The notes under the pieces were generated by a model. The model was not told the origin of the DNA. It made no database searches and saw only the letters and a program-made list of their open reading frames with translations. From Patescibacteria group bacterium (lineage in GTDB: Bacteria; Patescibacteriota; JABMPQ01), in contig JAHJQX010000024.1 in the NCBI GenBank assembly GCA_018818965.1, positions 6,105-70,104 of the forward strand: a stretch of DNA of 64,000 nucleotides. Direction: 5' to 3'. A program made the position numbers and the translations under genes. Shown here in pieces: positions 1 through 10,120 of this stretch. Position 1 is the first letter of the stretch, and the number at the start of each line of letters is the position of its first letter.

Positions 1-350
1 AAAAAATGTTAAACGAACTCAAAGACAACGTCGCTGTTTCGGGTGGAGAATTTGATAAATACCTGGAAAGCATCAAAAAGACTGAGGACGACTTGAAAAA
101 AGAATTTAAAGCCAAGGCGGAAAAAAGAACACTTTTTGGCCTGATCTTGCGGGAAATTGCCAAACAAGAAAAAGTGGAAGTAACTACTAAGGAGCTTGAG
201 GAAGAAGTAAAGCACACTACTGGGCATTATCAACACGATAAGCAAATGTTAGAAAAAATCCAGTCGGATGAATATCGGGATTATGCACGTAGTTTACTAG
301 TGAACCGAAAGGTGTTTGAGATGTTGCGGAAGGAATGCGTAGGAAAATAA
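1..350 (+). CDS. tig: Trigger factor, C-terminal part (5' truncated by window)
   Basis: C-terminal SurA-like helical pattern 'AEKRTLFGLILREIAKQEKVEVT..ELEEE...LVNRKVFEML'. Confidence 0.85.
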   Translation, partial: KMLNELKDNVAVSGGEFDKYLESIKKTEDDLKKEFKAKAEKRTLFGLILREIAKQEKVEVTTKELEEEVKHTTGHYQHDKQMLEKIQSDEYRDYARSLLVNRKVFEMLRKECVGK

Positions 351-380
351 ACTGCGTAAATAAAAAATAATTTTAAAACC

Positions 381-827
381 ATGAAAATCTCCGAAATAAT
401 GCAAACTGACGTCATTGCTGTTGAAGCTGAAACGCCAGTCAAGGAAGTAGCCCAAAAGTTAGTCGATAATAATATCACCGGTATGCCAGTGGTAAAGGGA
501 GATGAAGTAATCGGTCTGGTAACAGAAGCTGATTTAATCATGCAAAAAGCCAAAATTCATATCCCAATGTACATCCAGCTACTTGACAGCGCCCTCTTTC
601 TGGAAGACACAGCTGAAGTGGAAGAAGATTTAAATAAAATACTAGGGATGACCGCCGAAAAGATAATGACCAACCAAGTTGTCACTATTGATGTCGATGA
701 TACGGTGGAGAATCTAGCCACCTTGATTGAAGAACATCATATCAATCCTATCCCCGTCACCGAAAAAAATAAGCTAGTTGGTATTGTCTCCCGCGCTGAC
801 ATTGTAAAATTATTAATCAGGGAATAA
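381..827 (+). CDS. Tandem CBS-domain protein
   Basis: Two CBS repeats: 'MKISEIMQTDVI...GMPVV...GLVTEADL' and 'IMTNQVVT...PIPV...GIVSRADI'. Confidence 0.9.
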   Translation: MKISEIMQTDVIAVEAETPVKEVAQKLVDNNITGMPVVKGDEVIGLVTEADLIMQKAKIHIPMYIQLLDSALFLEDTAEVEEDLNKILGMTAEKIMTNQVVTIDVDDTVENLATLIEEHHINPIPVTEKNKLVGIVSRADIVKLLIRE

Positions 828-837
828 ATCACTCACC

Positions 838-1680
838 ATGAAGTTCGGTGCTCATGTTTCCATCGCTGGTGGCATCGACCAAGCCCCCGCCCGAGCGCAC
901 ATTCTCGGTTGTGAATGCTTTCAAATTTTCTCTCGCTCTCCACGTGGAGGCCAGCCTCTTGCATTGACAGCTAAGTTGATCAAACAATTTAAAGCGGAGT
1001 GTAAAAAATATAAGTTGACTGCTTACTATATTCACACTCCTTATTTTATTAATTACGGATCCAACAATCAACGCATTTATCATGGTTCCGTTTCGGTTGT
1101 CCGTCAGGAGCTTGAGCGGGGAACACAAATTGGCGCCCAATATGTAATAACTCACCTGGGTTCAGCCAAAGATCTTGGCTTAGAAAAAACTTTGACCCAA
1201 ACAATTAAAGGTATTAATAAAACTCTCGCTGGATATAAAGGTAAGACTAAACTTTTAATCGAAACAGCTGCCGGAGCGGGTAAAATAATCGGCGACTCGT
1301 TTGGAGATGTTGCCCATATTTTAAAAAACACACCGCGGAGTGTCGGAGTTTGTTTCGATACCGCGCACGCTTTTGCTTCTGGCTATGATTTGCGAATAGC
1401 GGCTAGTGTTAAAAAAACATTGGCCGAATTTGATCAAACAATCGGGCTAGCGAAGCTAAAATTACTGCACGGCAACGACTCACAAGTGGATCTCAATGCC
1501 CGGATTGACCGTCACGAGCACGTTGGTAAAGGCAAAATAGGGCGAGCAGGGTTTGCTGCCATCACTAAAAACAGTAAGTTGCGCGAGATCAACATGATTG
1601 TGGAAACTCCGGCTGGAGAAGGTAAGGTTGATTCTCGGATTAAAGATATTAAACTACTAAAAGGATGGCGAAAAGGATGA
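838..1680 (+). CDS. nfo: Endonuclease IV (AP endonuclease family 2)
   Basis: Motifs GAHVSIAGG, HTPYFIN, ETAAG, CFDTAHAFASGYD, HGNDS, DRHEHVG, ETP. Confidence 0.95.
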   Translation: MKFGAHVSIAGGIDQAPARAHILGCECFQIFSRSPRGGQPLALTAKLIKQFKAECKKYKLTAYYIHTPYFINYGSNNQRIYHGSVSVVRQELERGTQIGAQYVITHLGSAKDLGLEKTLTQTIKGINKTLAGYKGKTKLLIETAAGAGKIIGDSFGDVAHILKNTPRSVGVCFDTAHAFASGYDLRIAASVKKTLAEFDQTIGLAKLKLLHGNDSQVDLNARIDRHEHVGKGKIGRAGFAAITKNSKLREINMIVETPAGEGKVDSRIKDIKLLKGWRKG

Positions 1681-2462
1681 ATGATGAAAAAAACCCAACC
1701 CAGCCTCAATTATCAAGCTCAGCCAAACTTCATGCCCGAGAGCATTTTTATGAACACGACTCTGCTCTAGCTAAAATAAAAGCTATTTTCCCGCAGACAG
1801 ATAAAAAGCTGAGGATCTTGGATGTCGGCTGTGGGGATGGAAGATTGGTCGTCGCTTTAATCGAGCAAGGACACACTGTAACCGGCTTGGATATCAATGA
1901 AACAGCAATCGACCAAGCTAAGAAAAGAGGGCTAACAGCAATAAAAGCAGATCTCGAAAGTCCTTGGCCAGTTGATTCTTCTCAATACGATATTATTTTG
2001 ATGTTGGACGTCTTAGAACACGTAGTTGACCAAAACCACCTGTTGGCAGAAAGTCGACGGGTTCTGAAAGCTAACGGGTGTCTGATCATCGCTTATCCCA
2101 ACCACTTTGACATCCGTAACCGACTAAAAATGCTACTGGGCGGCGGTATTGTTCACTGGTCTCATACCAAACACGAAAACGCCAATGCGCCTGATTATTC
2201 CCACTTGCGATTTCTCAGATTTGAGGATCTGATACAGCTGATAAAAAATCACGGCTTCGCTACTGAACAATTGCAATTTAACTTTATGGGTGGCGGTATC
2301 ATTCCCCGTCGCTTGTTACCTTCATCGGTCAGGAAATGGCTACTCAGACGGTATCCAAACCTCCTCTCCGGCAAATTTATCTTGCGGGTGGTAAAAGCAG
2401 ATGGAAAAGATCTAATCCAAGAAAAAACTGTCTTGCTTGATAAGACAGTGGCGGGGATTTAA
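1677..2462 (+). CDS. Class I SAM-dependent methyltransferase
   Basis: ILDVGCGDG motif I and 'DVLEHV'; ATG at 1677 overlaps the nfo stop (ATGA). Confidence 0.85.
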   Translation: MNDEKNPTQPQLSSSAKLHAREHFYEHDSALAKIKAIFPQTDKKLRILDVGCGDGRLVVALIEQGHTVTGLDINETAIDQAKKRGLTAIKADLESPWPVDSSQYDIILMLDVLEHVVDQNHLLAESRRVLKANGCLIIAYPNHFDIRNRLKMLLGGGIVHWSHTKHENANAPDYSHLRFLRFEDLIQLIKNHGFATEQLQFNFMGGGIIPRRLLPSSVRKWLLRRYPNLLSGKFILRVVKADGKDLIQEKTVLLDKTVAGI

Positions 2463-2501
2463 ATAAGTAGATATTTTAGATGGTAAATTATTTAAAAATT
2501 T

Positions 2502-3476
2502 ATGCGCCAAAAATATTCTCGCCAACAAATTGAACAAGCCCTAATCCCCTACCAGGTTGGCACAATCAATGAAGCCAAGCTTTTTACTACTGGCATTGAT
2601 AATACCAATATCTATATTAACTCTGATCAAGGTGAAGGTGTGCTTAAAATATATGAAATGTATACTGCCGACAATATAGCCTGCACCCAATTCGAGCTCT
2701 CACTAATGAACAAAGTCAACCAGGGCGGACTACCCGTCCCCCAAGCATACAAAACAGTTGATGGCAATTTTACTTCTCAATCGGGAAATAAACCAGTAGC
2801 TTATATCTCTTTTCTACCTGGAGAAAATATTTATCAGCAACAAATTCCAATTTCCTTAATTAAAGAAATCGGGCAAACTGCAGCCGAATTAGATAAGTGC
2901 TTGCAAAATTTTCAACCCCAGGGTCAAGAACGCTTGGAGTATGATTGGGACGCTAAAAATTTTCTCAAAACAAAGAAATTTCTTCCTCAGCTTGATAAAT
3001 TAGATATCGATCATCAGACAATCAGGGCAGTTTACTCCGAATATCAGGAAATCATTCGGCCAGCTTTAATGAAGTGTCGACGAGGCTATATTCATAATGA
3101 TATAGCAGCTCATAATATTTTAGCTAACAATGATAAACTAACAGCCGTGTTGGATTTCGGTGATGCGGTTTATTCTTATTGGGTATGTGAAATTGCCGTC
3201 ATGATTGTCCAATTATGCATGTATCAGACTGATTGGAAAAACGCTACTGCAGAATTACTCAGTGCCTATCAGGCTGTGATACCTCTTAACAAATCAGAAA
3301 AAGATACCCTGTATTATTTAGCTAAATGTCGCGCTGCCACCATGATTGTCGTTTGCAACAGCTTGTATTATACTGATTCTACTCATAATGACCTAGGAGA
3401 ATTTAGAGATGCTGGGCTAGATTACCTGGATAAGTTAATTAAATTGGGAAAAGAGAATTTTAACTCGTTAATATGA
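2502..3476 (+). CDS. Phosphotransferase, APH / type II homoserine kinase family
   Basis: 'GIDNTN', 'IHNDIAAHNIL' and 'LDFGD' kinase-like motifs. Confidence 0.8.
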   Translation: MRQKYSRQQIEQALIPYQVGTINEAKLFTTGIDNTNIYINSDQGEGVLKIYEMYTADNIACTQFELSLMNKVNQGGLPVPQAYKTVDGNFTSQSGNKPVAYISFLPGENIYQQQIPISLIKEIGQTAAELDKCLQNFQPQGQERLEYDWDAKNFLKTKKFLPQLDKLDIDHQTIRAVYSEYQEIIRPALMKCRRGYIHNDIAAHNILANNDKLTAVLDFGDAVYSYWVCEIAVMIVQLCMYQTDWKNATAELLSAYQAVIPLNKSEKDTLYYLAKCRAATMIVVCNSLYYTDSTHNDLGEFRDAGLDYLDKLIKLGKENFNSLI

Positions 3477-4381
3477 ATGGGGAACGGCCGGAACAAGGCG
3501 ACATAGCCAGAGAACAATCAGAAACCATCACTAGCTTGCGTGACCTCCGCAGTGATTTTCATATGCATACATTGACTAGCCGAGAGGCAGGTGATCCCCG
3601 TGGCACATATACTATGGAGGAACTAGCTGGGTATATTGAAGATCACGTTGGTATTAAAGAAGGTGAAAAGCCTGGGGTTGAATACATTTCTATTACTGAC
3701 CACGCCACCAATGATACGGTCGTGCCCCAAGGACCAGAAGAAAAAGTAGATCAGAGAATTCTAGCGCAAAAAGTAGAAATCGACCGCCTAAATGAGAGCG
3801 GCAAATTTCCTGGCCTAACTGTATTAGCCGGAACGGAGACAGCTTTATCACCAGAGGGTGTTCCAGACGTTAGTAACCATGTTCTTGAGCAGTTAGACGT
3901 GGTAGTAGCTTCAATCCACGAACCACCTGATTTGTCAGGCGAAGAAAGAATGGCAGCATATCGCCAAGCAGTGGAAAATCCCTATATTGATATTTTAGGA
4001 CATCCTTTTGGCGCTACCTGGTGGGGAAAAAGTCACGACTGGTTATCGGAAGAACAGTCGCAGGAGTTGATTGATCTAGCAATAGAGCACGACAAGGCCA
4101 TTGAAATAAATGTTGCTCAACTAGACCATTATCCTTCCACCCTACTACAAATTATAGCGGCTAGTGGAGTCAAGGTGTCTATGGGTACCGATACCCACGA
4201 CAACCCGCAGATCAAAGATCAAAAACCATTGGGTGTCAGCGGCTGGAGGCCTTATGCTAGAACAGCTAGAGCTATAGGAAAAGCAGGAATCAAAAAAGAA
4301 AACATCCTCAACACTTATTCTCTGGCAGAATATCGGGCTTGGCGCCAAACTAGGATCGAAAGATTTACTTCGCCTGCATAA
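3473..4381 (+). CDS. PHP-domain phosphoesterase (PolX/HisPPase-like)
   Basis: DFHMHT, ITDH, ASIH, GHP, EIN and GTDTHD metal-binding motifs. Confidence 0.85.
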   Translation: MNGERPEQGDIAREQSETITSLRDLRSDFHMHTLTSREAGDPRGTYTMEELAGYIEDHVGIKEGEKPGVEYISITDHATNDTVVPQGPEEKVDQRILAQKVEIDRLNESGKFPGLTVLAGTETALSPEGVPDVSNHVLEQLDVVVASIHEPPDLSGEERMAAYRQAVENPYIDILGHPFGATWWGKSHDWLSEEQSQELIDLAIEHDKAIEINVAQLDHYPSTLLQIIAASGVKVSMGTDTHDNPQIKDQKPLGVSGWRPYARTARAIGKAGIKKENILNTYSLAEYRAWRQTRIERFTSPA

Positions 4382-4390
4382 TAAAATACT

Positions 4391-5185
4391 ATGTTCAAAA
4401 AATTTCTTATCAAAACAGTCAAAGATGCTAGTAAGATACTACTAAAAGACTACGGCAAGCTTCGACACCAGGATATCCAGCGCAAAACCAATCTCGAGTT
4501 GGTTACTAAAACTGATCTCAAATCAGAGCATTTTATTATTAAGCAAATTGAGAAAAAATTTCCTGGCCACAGCATCCTCAGTGAAGAAAAAGGCCTGATC
4601 GACAAAAAATCCGATTTTCTCTGGTTGATCGACCCGCTCGATGGTACTAATAATTTCATTATGAGCAACCCTCTCTTTGCCGTAACCATCTCCTTGGCTT
4701 ACAAGGGCGAAGTAGTAGCCGGTGTTGGTTATGCTCCCCGTCTCAAAGAACTCTATTTTACCGAAAAGGGACAGGGAGCTTACCTTAACGGCAAAAGAAT
4801 AAAGGTGTCCAAAGAAAACAAGCTAAGAGAATCCATCCTGCTTTTTTGCCACGGGCATAAGAAGAGAGACTACCAAGAAGTAACCCGCATCTATACTGCT
4901 TTTAAGCTGCGCTGCCGAAGTTTGCGTCAGCTCGGCTCGGCTCTACTTGAATTAGGCTTTGTCGCCGCCGGGCGCTGCGAGAGCCTGATGATTGACGGGC
5001 TGACTACTTGGGACCTAGCCACTGGTGTCTTGCTGGTAAAAGAAGCAGGCGGGAAAGTAACTGATTTTCACGGTCAAGAGTGGAATCTAAAAAGCACTAG
5101 TATCGTTGCCACCAACGGTAAAATTCATAACAAGCTGTTGCCGACTTTGAAAAAATTATCGAAACAATATGGCAAACCTGAATAA
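4391..5185 (+). CDS. suhB: Inositol monophosphatase family protein
   Basis: LVTKTD, SEE, WLIDPLDGTNNF, WDLATG..LVKEAGG. Confidence 0.9.
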   Translation: MFKKFLIKTVKDASKILLKDYGKLRHQDIQRKTNLELVTKTDLKSEHFIIKQIEKKFPGHSILSEEKGLIDKKSDFLWLIDPLDGTNNFIMSNPLFAVTISLAYKGEVVAGVGYAPRLKELYFTEKGQGAYLNGKRIKVSKENKLRESILLFCHGHKKRDYQEVTRIYTAFKLRCRSLRQLGSALLELGFVAAGRCESLMIDGLTTWDLATGVLLVKEAGGKVTDFHGQEWNLKSTSIVATNGKIHNKLLPTLKKLSKQYGKPE

Positions 5186-5819
5186 AATTACTGACGAGAT
5201 TAGCCAGTGCACTTTATGTCCCCTGCATGAAAATCGCACCAACGCCGTCCCAGGAGAAGGCAATCCACGAGCTGATTTACTTTTCATCGGCGAAGGTCCG
5301 GGTAAAAAAGAGGATGAGCTAGGCCGACCCTTTGTTGGTCCAGCCGGGAAACTACTTGAGGAATTGTTGGCGACAATCGGTCTGAAACGTGAAGATGTCT
5401 TTATTGCTAACGTGGTTAAGTGCCGCCCACCCGGTAATCGTGATCCTCTGCCCGAGGAAGTCGAGGCTTGCTGGCCATATCTGCAACAGCAGGTGAATGC
5501 TGTCGACCCTAAGCTTATTATTCTTCTCGGCCGTCACTCACTCGATCGTTTCCTGCCTAATATGAAAATCTCTCAAGCACGCGGTAAACCAATGCGGCGA
5601 GAAGTAGAAAACTTGGGACGCTATGTTTTTTACCCCATTTATCACCCAGCAGCTGCTTTACATAATCCGAACAATCGCCAACCACTAATAGATGACTTTC
5701 AGAAAATCCCGGCGGTGTTGGCAGAAGTTGATAAATTGCCGGAAAAAGACGCGGCCGATGTCGAAATAGAGGATGATATAGCTGAGCCGCAGGAAAAACA
5801 GGCACGGTTGGAGTTGTAA
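5169..5819 (+). CDS. Uracil-DNA glycosylase, family 4 (4Fe-4S)
   Basis: CxxC, GEGPG, FVGPAG, KCRPPGNRDP, YHPAA. Confidence 0.93.
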   Translation: MANLNKITDEISQCTLCPLHENRTNAVPGEGNPRADLLFIGEGPGKKEDELGRPFVGPAGKLLEELLATIGLKREDVFIANVVKCRPPGNRDPLPEEVEACWPYLQQQVNAVDPKLIILLGRHSLDRFLPNMKISQARGKPMRREVENLGRYVFYPIYHPAAALHNPNNRQPLIDDFQKIPAVLAEVDKLPEKDAADVEIEDDIAEPQEKQARLEL

Positions 5820-5847
5820 GTCTGTCGATTGTAGGTTCGCCCATGAC

Positions 5848-5885
5848 GAGCCCGTCGAACTGCAGTCCTTCAACTTCACTCAGGG
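5848..5885. repeat. Degenerate REP-like palindrome (same family as the element in uvrD)
   Basis: gagcccgtcgaa...ccttcaacttcactcaggg resembles 30544-30607; lies between convergent genes. Confidence 0.4.
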
Positions 5886-5953
5886 AAAATCCAGAGTAAA
5901 AAAATAAGCTGTAAAGGAAAGCGCTTTGCAGCTTTTTGGATCAGGAACGTTGG

Positions 5954-7141
5954 CTAGGTCGACAACTTCCCGATGATGGCGCTGGTCATCTCGGCGGTTG
6001 TGGCTGCTCCTTGCTCGATCACCTCGGGACCGCCCTTGAGGAACAGCATGTCATAGGTACACACACGGCCCTCCTTGATCACCCCGCCAATGGCCTCGTA
6101 AATGCGCTGGGCCATCTCCCGCTCCTCCAAATGAGTCAGCATCATGGCCGCCGAGAGGATCATCGCGCACGGGTTGACGATGGGCGGATCCAGCTCCGCG
6201 TATTTGGGCGCACTGCCGTGGGTGGGCTCGAACACCGCCACGTCCTGGCCGATGTTGGCGCTGGCGGCAAAGCCCAGACCGCCAATCAAGCCAGCGAAGC
6301 CATCGGAGCCGATGTCACCGAACATGTTGCTGGCGACGATCACGCCGTATTCAGCGGGGTTTTTGGTCAACCACATCATCTGGGCATCGATGTTGGTCTC
6401 CCAGAGCGCGATCCCAGGGAAGTCCTTCGCTACGACCTTGGCCACCTCGCGGAACATGCCACCAGTGGCTCGCATGACGTTGGGCTTCTCGCAGAGGGTG
6501 ACGGACTTGTAGCCGAACTTCTGCGCGTACTTGAAGGCAGCGCGCAGAATCCGCTCGCAAGCCGCTCGGGTGAAGATACGACAGGTGATCGCCAGCTCCT
6601 CGCCCGGCACTCCCTCGAAGGACTTGAACTTCGGGTGCGTACTGAACGCCCTGCGCACCTGCTCCGGCGGATCCGTCCACTCGACGCCGCAATATAGTCC
6701 CTCAGTATTTTGCCGAAAAACGACCACGTCGATTTCCGGTTCGAGGATCTTTTCATCCGATCCTCGCTGAACAAAGTTGAGCGGGTTACCGGGGAAAGTA
6801 CGGCAGGGACGGATGCAGACATCCAGATTGAACTCTCGCCGCAGGCCAACGATGGGACTGTAATACTGGAGACCCCGGTCCTGCAGCTCCGGTGCCAGCT
6901 CGGCCGCCGCCTCTGCCTGCGGCTTGGAGGTGATGGCGCCGAAAAGACCGACCTTGTGCTGGCGCAACAACTTGAGGGTACGATCAGGTAGCGGGTTGCC
7001 CTCGGTGCACCAGTGGCGCCAACCGATGTCGGCAAACACGTACTCGGCATCAAATCTAACCGCCTGGAGGACTCGTATAGCCTCCGCCAACACGATTTTT
7101 CCAATCCCGTCCCCCGGCATGAGTACAATTGTCCTGGTCAT
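5954..7141 (-). CDS. Isocitrate/isopropylmalate (beta-decarboxylating) dehydrogenase family
   Basis: PGDGIG, RQNTEGLY, KPNVM, NMFGDIGSD, GGLG, FEPTHGSAP, NP.AMILS; SD gggagag; visibly GC-rich. Confidence 0.93.
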   Translation of the reverse strand: MTRTIVLMPGDGIGKIVLAEAIRVLQAVRFDAEYVFADIGWRHWCTEGNPLPDRTLKLLRQHKVGLFGAITSKPQAEAAAELAPELQDRGLQYYSPIVGLRREFNLDVCIRPCRTFPGNPLNFVQRGSDEKILEPEIDVVVFRQNTEGLYCGVEWTDPPEQVRRAFSTHPKFKSFEGVPGEELAITCRIFTRAACERILRAAFKYAQKFGYKSVTLCEKPNVMRATGGMFREVAKVVAKDFPGIALWETNIDAQMMWLTKNPAEYGVIVASNMFGDIGSDGFAGLIGGLGFAASANIGQDVAVFEPTHGSAPKYAELDPPIVNPCAMILSAAMMLTHLEEREMAQRIYEAIGGVIKEGRVCTYDMLFLKGGPEVIEQGAATTAEMTSAIIGKLST

Positions 7142-7280
7142 GTAACTCTCCCTTTTGAAGATCCAGACAAAAACAGAGCGACCCCATGCCGCTCCTTACT
7201 AGTCGTTGGTTAGTAATTTAGCATGCTGGCGGAGAAAGTAAAGAATTTCTTGCTATTATACATGAAAAAAGCAGTAAACC

Positions 7281-7309
7281 TTGACATCTAATAGCTTATA
7301 TGATAGCCT
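7281..7309 (+). promoter_or_regulatory. sigma70-type promoter
   Basis: TTGACA-17 nt-TAGCCT with extended TG. Confidence 0.5.
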
Positions 7310-7428
7310 GAGACAGTTTATAATCAAATCGAAAAAAGAAATTAGGCTGGAAGTTTTCTGGTTTGTAACTTTTTTTGAACGCCCGTGTGGCAGACGGGTA
7401 TAACCACCGAACGAGGGAGGAACACGAT

Positions 7429-7629
7429 ATGGTTAACTGGAGACAGAAGTGCGAGGCGTTGGAGAGAAAATATAAGGAACTGGAGCGAACTAGCGCCCTC
7501 TGGGTCGCGGCCAACAACGCCAAAGACGGGCGGATCAAGGAACTGGAGAGTGAACTCGAGAGGCTCAGGCGGCGAGTGGCCACACTCTCGCGACAACGCT
7601 CCTTGAAAAGAGCTGCCCAGGGAGGTTAA
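7429..7629 (+). CDS. Small coiled-coil hypothetical protein (66 aa)
   Basis: SD gggagg before ATG 7429; heptad pattern 'IKELESELERLRRRVATL'. Confidence 0.6.
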   Translation: MVNWRQKCEALERKYKELERTSALWVAANNAKDGRIKELESELERLRRRVATLSRQRSLKRAAQGG

Positions 7630-7632
7630 CCC

Positions 7633-7854
7633 ATGGCCATCTCCTGGCGAGAACACTGTCGGATCGCAGCGGAGGAACGCCTGGATCCTCGTCGTGACTT
7701 CAGCGAAGTCCGGCGACGGGCTGCACTGCGGGCGGTGGCTAATCGCCCCCAACGACGTCCACCGGTGATGATTCCTCCACCGGTAACGGTCACCGCACCA
7801 ATCCGACGTCAGCTCCTTCTTCCCGGTATCTTCCGCACCCAACACCGCCTCTAG
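7633..7854 (+). CDS. Small Arg/Pro-rich hypothetical protein
   Basis: SD ggagg at 7621-7625; 3 nt after the upstream stop; followed by a terminator. Confidence 0.5.
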   Translation: MAISWREHCRIAAEERLDPRRDFSEVRRRAALRAVANRPQRRPPVMIPPPVTVTAPIRRQLLLPGIFRTQHRL

Positions 7855-7876
7855 CAACTAAAGAGACGGTTTTTTT
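7844..7876 (+). terminator. Intrinsic terminator
   Basis: accgcctct/agagacggt stem followed by a T tract. Confidence 0.55.
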
Positions 7877-7936
7877 ATACAAAAAACTGCCCAGGGCAAA
7901 ACAGAGCAGCTAACAATAAACTATTAAAGGATAGAT

Positions 7937-8422
7937 TTACTCGTCCTCTTTCAATTTGATCACCACCTGCCGCTCCGGTTCCTCACCATAGCTGATAGTC
8001 ACTAAATCTTCTTCATCCGCTAGAAAAGTATGAACCACGCGCCGGTCGTAGGCTGGCATCGGGCGCAATATTTCTTTCTCTTTCGTACGACGGACATTGA
8101 GAGCCGCGCTGCGAGCAATACTACGCAAGCTGTCTTCTTTATCTCGTCGGTAGTTATTGACGTCAATTATAAATGGTACTATTTCACCTTCATTTTGTTT
8201 CCGGAGAAGTAAACGCACCACGTACTGGAAGGAAAACAGATTATCACCCGCCTGACCAATCATAATCTTGGCATCGTCAGTTTTGATATTAAGTACTAAA
8301 ACTTCTCTACCTTCTCGTTCTTCCAAGCGCTCAGAAATTTGCCCCGTTACCCCCATCTTATCAATCATCTCTGTTACTATCGTTTTAAGAATGCCAATGT
8401 TTTCCATTTCTATACCAGCCAT
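7937..8422 (-). CDS. jag: Jag/KhpB RNA-binding protein (KH + R3H, short form)
   Basis: 'MIGQAGDNLFSFQ', 'DVNNYR', R3H 'MPAYDRRVVH', 'GEEPERQV'; downstream of yidC. Confidence 0.9.
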   Translation of the reverse strand: MAGIEMENIGILKTIVTEMIDKMGVTGQISERLEEREGREVLVLNIKTDDAKIMIGQAGDNLFSFQYVVRLLLRKQNEGEIVPFIIDVNNYRRDKEDSLRSIARSAALNVRRTKEKEILRPMPAYDRRVVHTFLADEEDLVTISYGEEPERQVVIKLKEDE

Positions 8423-8494
8423 ATATTTAGATTATTCGCTAATAGGCGTCAGTCTATCTTAATTATACAGGCCTGACGTCTAGCAACGACCCAT

Positions 8495-9268
8495 CTACTT
8501 GGCCGGAGTAGCAGACTTTTTCCCACCAGCGCCTTTCTCTTCTTTATTTTCCGGTTTCCACCATTTGATGATTAGATATTGCTGCCCGAGGGCAAATAAG
8601 GTTGTCGTCGCCCAATAAAGAGCCAAACCAGAAGGTAAACTCATAGCGATAAAGACAGTCATTACCGGCAGAAAATAGGTCATTTGCTTGGTCATCATCG
8701 AAGACATGTCAGCCGCAATGCCCTGACCCTTAGCCGATTTCTTCTTATTAGCTCCTTTGGGCATCATCATTCGCGATTGTAAGAACTGGAATATACCAGC
8801 CAAAACTGCCAAAATCAAGTTTGGTTCTGTCATATCCACCAGATTGATAAAGAAGTGGTTAACGGTTTCTGGCTGACTAACAAAAGAATAAAGCTTGTCC
8901 ATGCTTTCTGCATTCATCCCCACTCGGAAAACTCGGTAGAGAGCAAAAATGATTGGTAATTGGACTAACATTGGCAGGCAAGAAGAGGCGGGATTGATCT
9001 TATTCTTCTTATAAAACTCCATCAGCGCCTTGGTCTGCTCTTCCTTATTATCCTTGTGCTGCTGGCGCAACTTGTTCATCTCTGGTTGAAGCTGCTGCAA
9101 AGCCCGCTGGGACTTAGTTGCTTTGACCGACAGTGGCACCAAAACAAGTCGAACCAGTATTGTTACAATAATAATAGCCACCCCGATATCTCCTACCAGA
9201 TTATAACACCAGACCATTAGATTCAGGAGAGGCTGGAATAAGATTGTGTTGTAGATTTCGTAGAACAT
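8495..9268 (-). CDS. yidC: Membrane protein insertase YidC/Oxa1
   Basis: 'TILVRLVLVPL', 'LQPEM', 'CLPMLVQLPI', 'PSGLALYW'; start taken at ATG 9268. Confidence 0.95.
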   Translation of the reverse strand: MFYEIYNTILFQPLLNLMVWCYNLVGDIGVAIIIVTILVRLVLVPLSVKATKSQRALQQLQPEMNKLRQQHKDNKEEQTKALMEFYKKNKINPASSCLPMLVQLPIIFALYRVFRVGMNAESMDKLYSFVSQPETVNHFFINLVDMTEPNLILAVLAGIFQFLQSRMMMPKGANKKKSAKGQGIAADMSSMMTKQMTYFLPVMTVFIAMSLPSGLALYWATTTLFALGQQYLIIKWWKPENKEEKGAGGKKSATPAK

Positions 9269-9272
9269 AATA

Positions 9273-9539
9273 TTAATTTTTCCATTTCCCCGGCTTAGGT
9301 ACCGGATCATGCCCACCGTGGCTCAAAGGATTACAGCGCAACACTCGCCACGAGGTGAGAAGACTGCCTTTGATCAATCCGTGTCGCTTGATCGCCTGGT
9401 AGCCATACTCAGAGCACGTTGGATGAAAACGACAAAAACCGTAGGGCAACACTCTCGAGAAGATCCCGTGATCCATCGACAGTGTTTTTTGATATAAACG
9501 TATTAGTAATAGAAAGGGAACGCGTATAAATTCAAACAT
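9273..9539 (-). CDS. yidD: Membrane protein insertion efficiency factor
   Basis: [10 protein letters not shown] and RVLRCNP..GGHDPVP. Confidence 0.95.
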   Translation of the reverse strand: MFEFIRVPFLLLIRLYQKTLSMDHGIFSRVLPYGFCRFHPTCSEYGYQAIKRHGLIKGSLLTSWRVLRCNPLSHGGHDPVPKPGKWKN

Positions 9540-9541
9540 TG

Positions 9542-9889
9542 CTATTTAACCCCTATTAGACCCGCTTGCTGCAAAACATTTTTAAAAACATTTTCAATCT
9601 CTCGATAGGTTTTATCTGTAGCTTCCGGACGCACCATCACTACCACATCAAATCCCGGCTTGATATCAGCTAGAGCTAAGCGAATCACCTCACGCAAACG
9701 ACGCTTTACTTTATTACGCACGGTTGCTTTCTTTGACACTTTTATCCCGACCAAAAAACCAAAGCGCGATTGCGGCTGATTATTTTTTAATGACTTGATC
9801 GCAATAAACTGATGTTTAAAAAAACGACCATGGCGGTGGACGCGGGCAAAGTCATTATCTTTCTGTAATCTGTTGGCTAGCGGTAACAT
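9542..9889 (-). CDS. rnpA: RNase P protein component
   Basis: '[26 protein letters not shown]' RNR-type motif; synteny. Confidence 0.95.
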   Translation of the reverse strand: MLPLANRLQKDNDFARVHRHGRFFKHQFIAIKSLKNNQPQSRFGFLVGIKVSKKATVRNKVKRRLREVIRLALADIKPGFDVVVMVRPEATDKTYREIENVFKNVLQQAGLIGVK

Positions 9890-9906
9890 ATAATAAAAAG
9901 ATCTCG

Positions 9907-10044
9907 TTAAGCTGACAACCGCTTGCGGCCTTTGGCCCGACGACTTTTCAACACACGACGACCAGATTTGGTACGCATGCGTTTACGAAAACCGTGCTCT
10001 CGTTTTCTTTTTCTTTTCTTAGGTTGATATGTTCTTTTCGGCAT
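9907..10044 (-). CDS. rpmH: 50S ribosomal protein L34 (45 aa; absent from ORF track)
   Basis: Hand translation [45 protein letters not shown]. Confidence 0.97.
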   Translation of the reverse strand: MPKRTYQPKKRKRKREHGFRKRMRTKSGRRVLKSRRAKGRKRLSA

Positions 10045-10120
10045 AGTGGCTTTAAAAATTACAAGCCTATTCTAACAGCTTGCTTCTACTCGGTCAATAA
10101 AGAATGGGTTAATATCAACA

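Noticed and set aside
5936-7857. Long alternative ORFs (5936-6697 +, 6430-7128 -, 7342-7857 -)
   Set aside because: Shadows of GC-rich real genes; no motifs or SD
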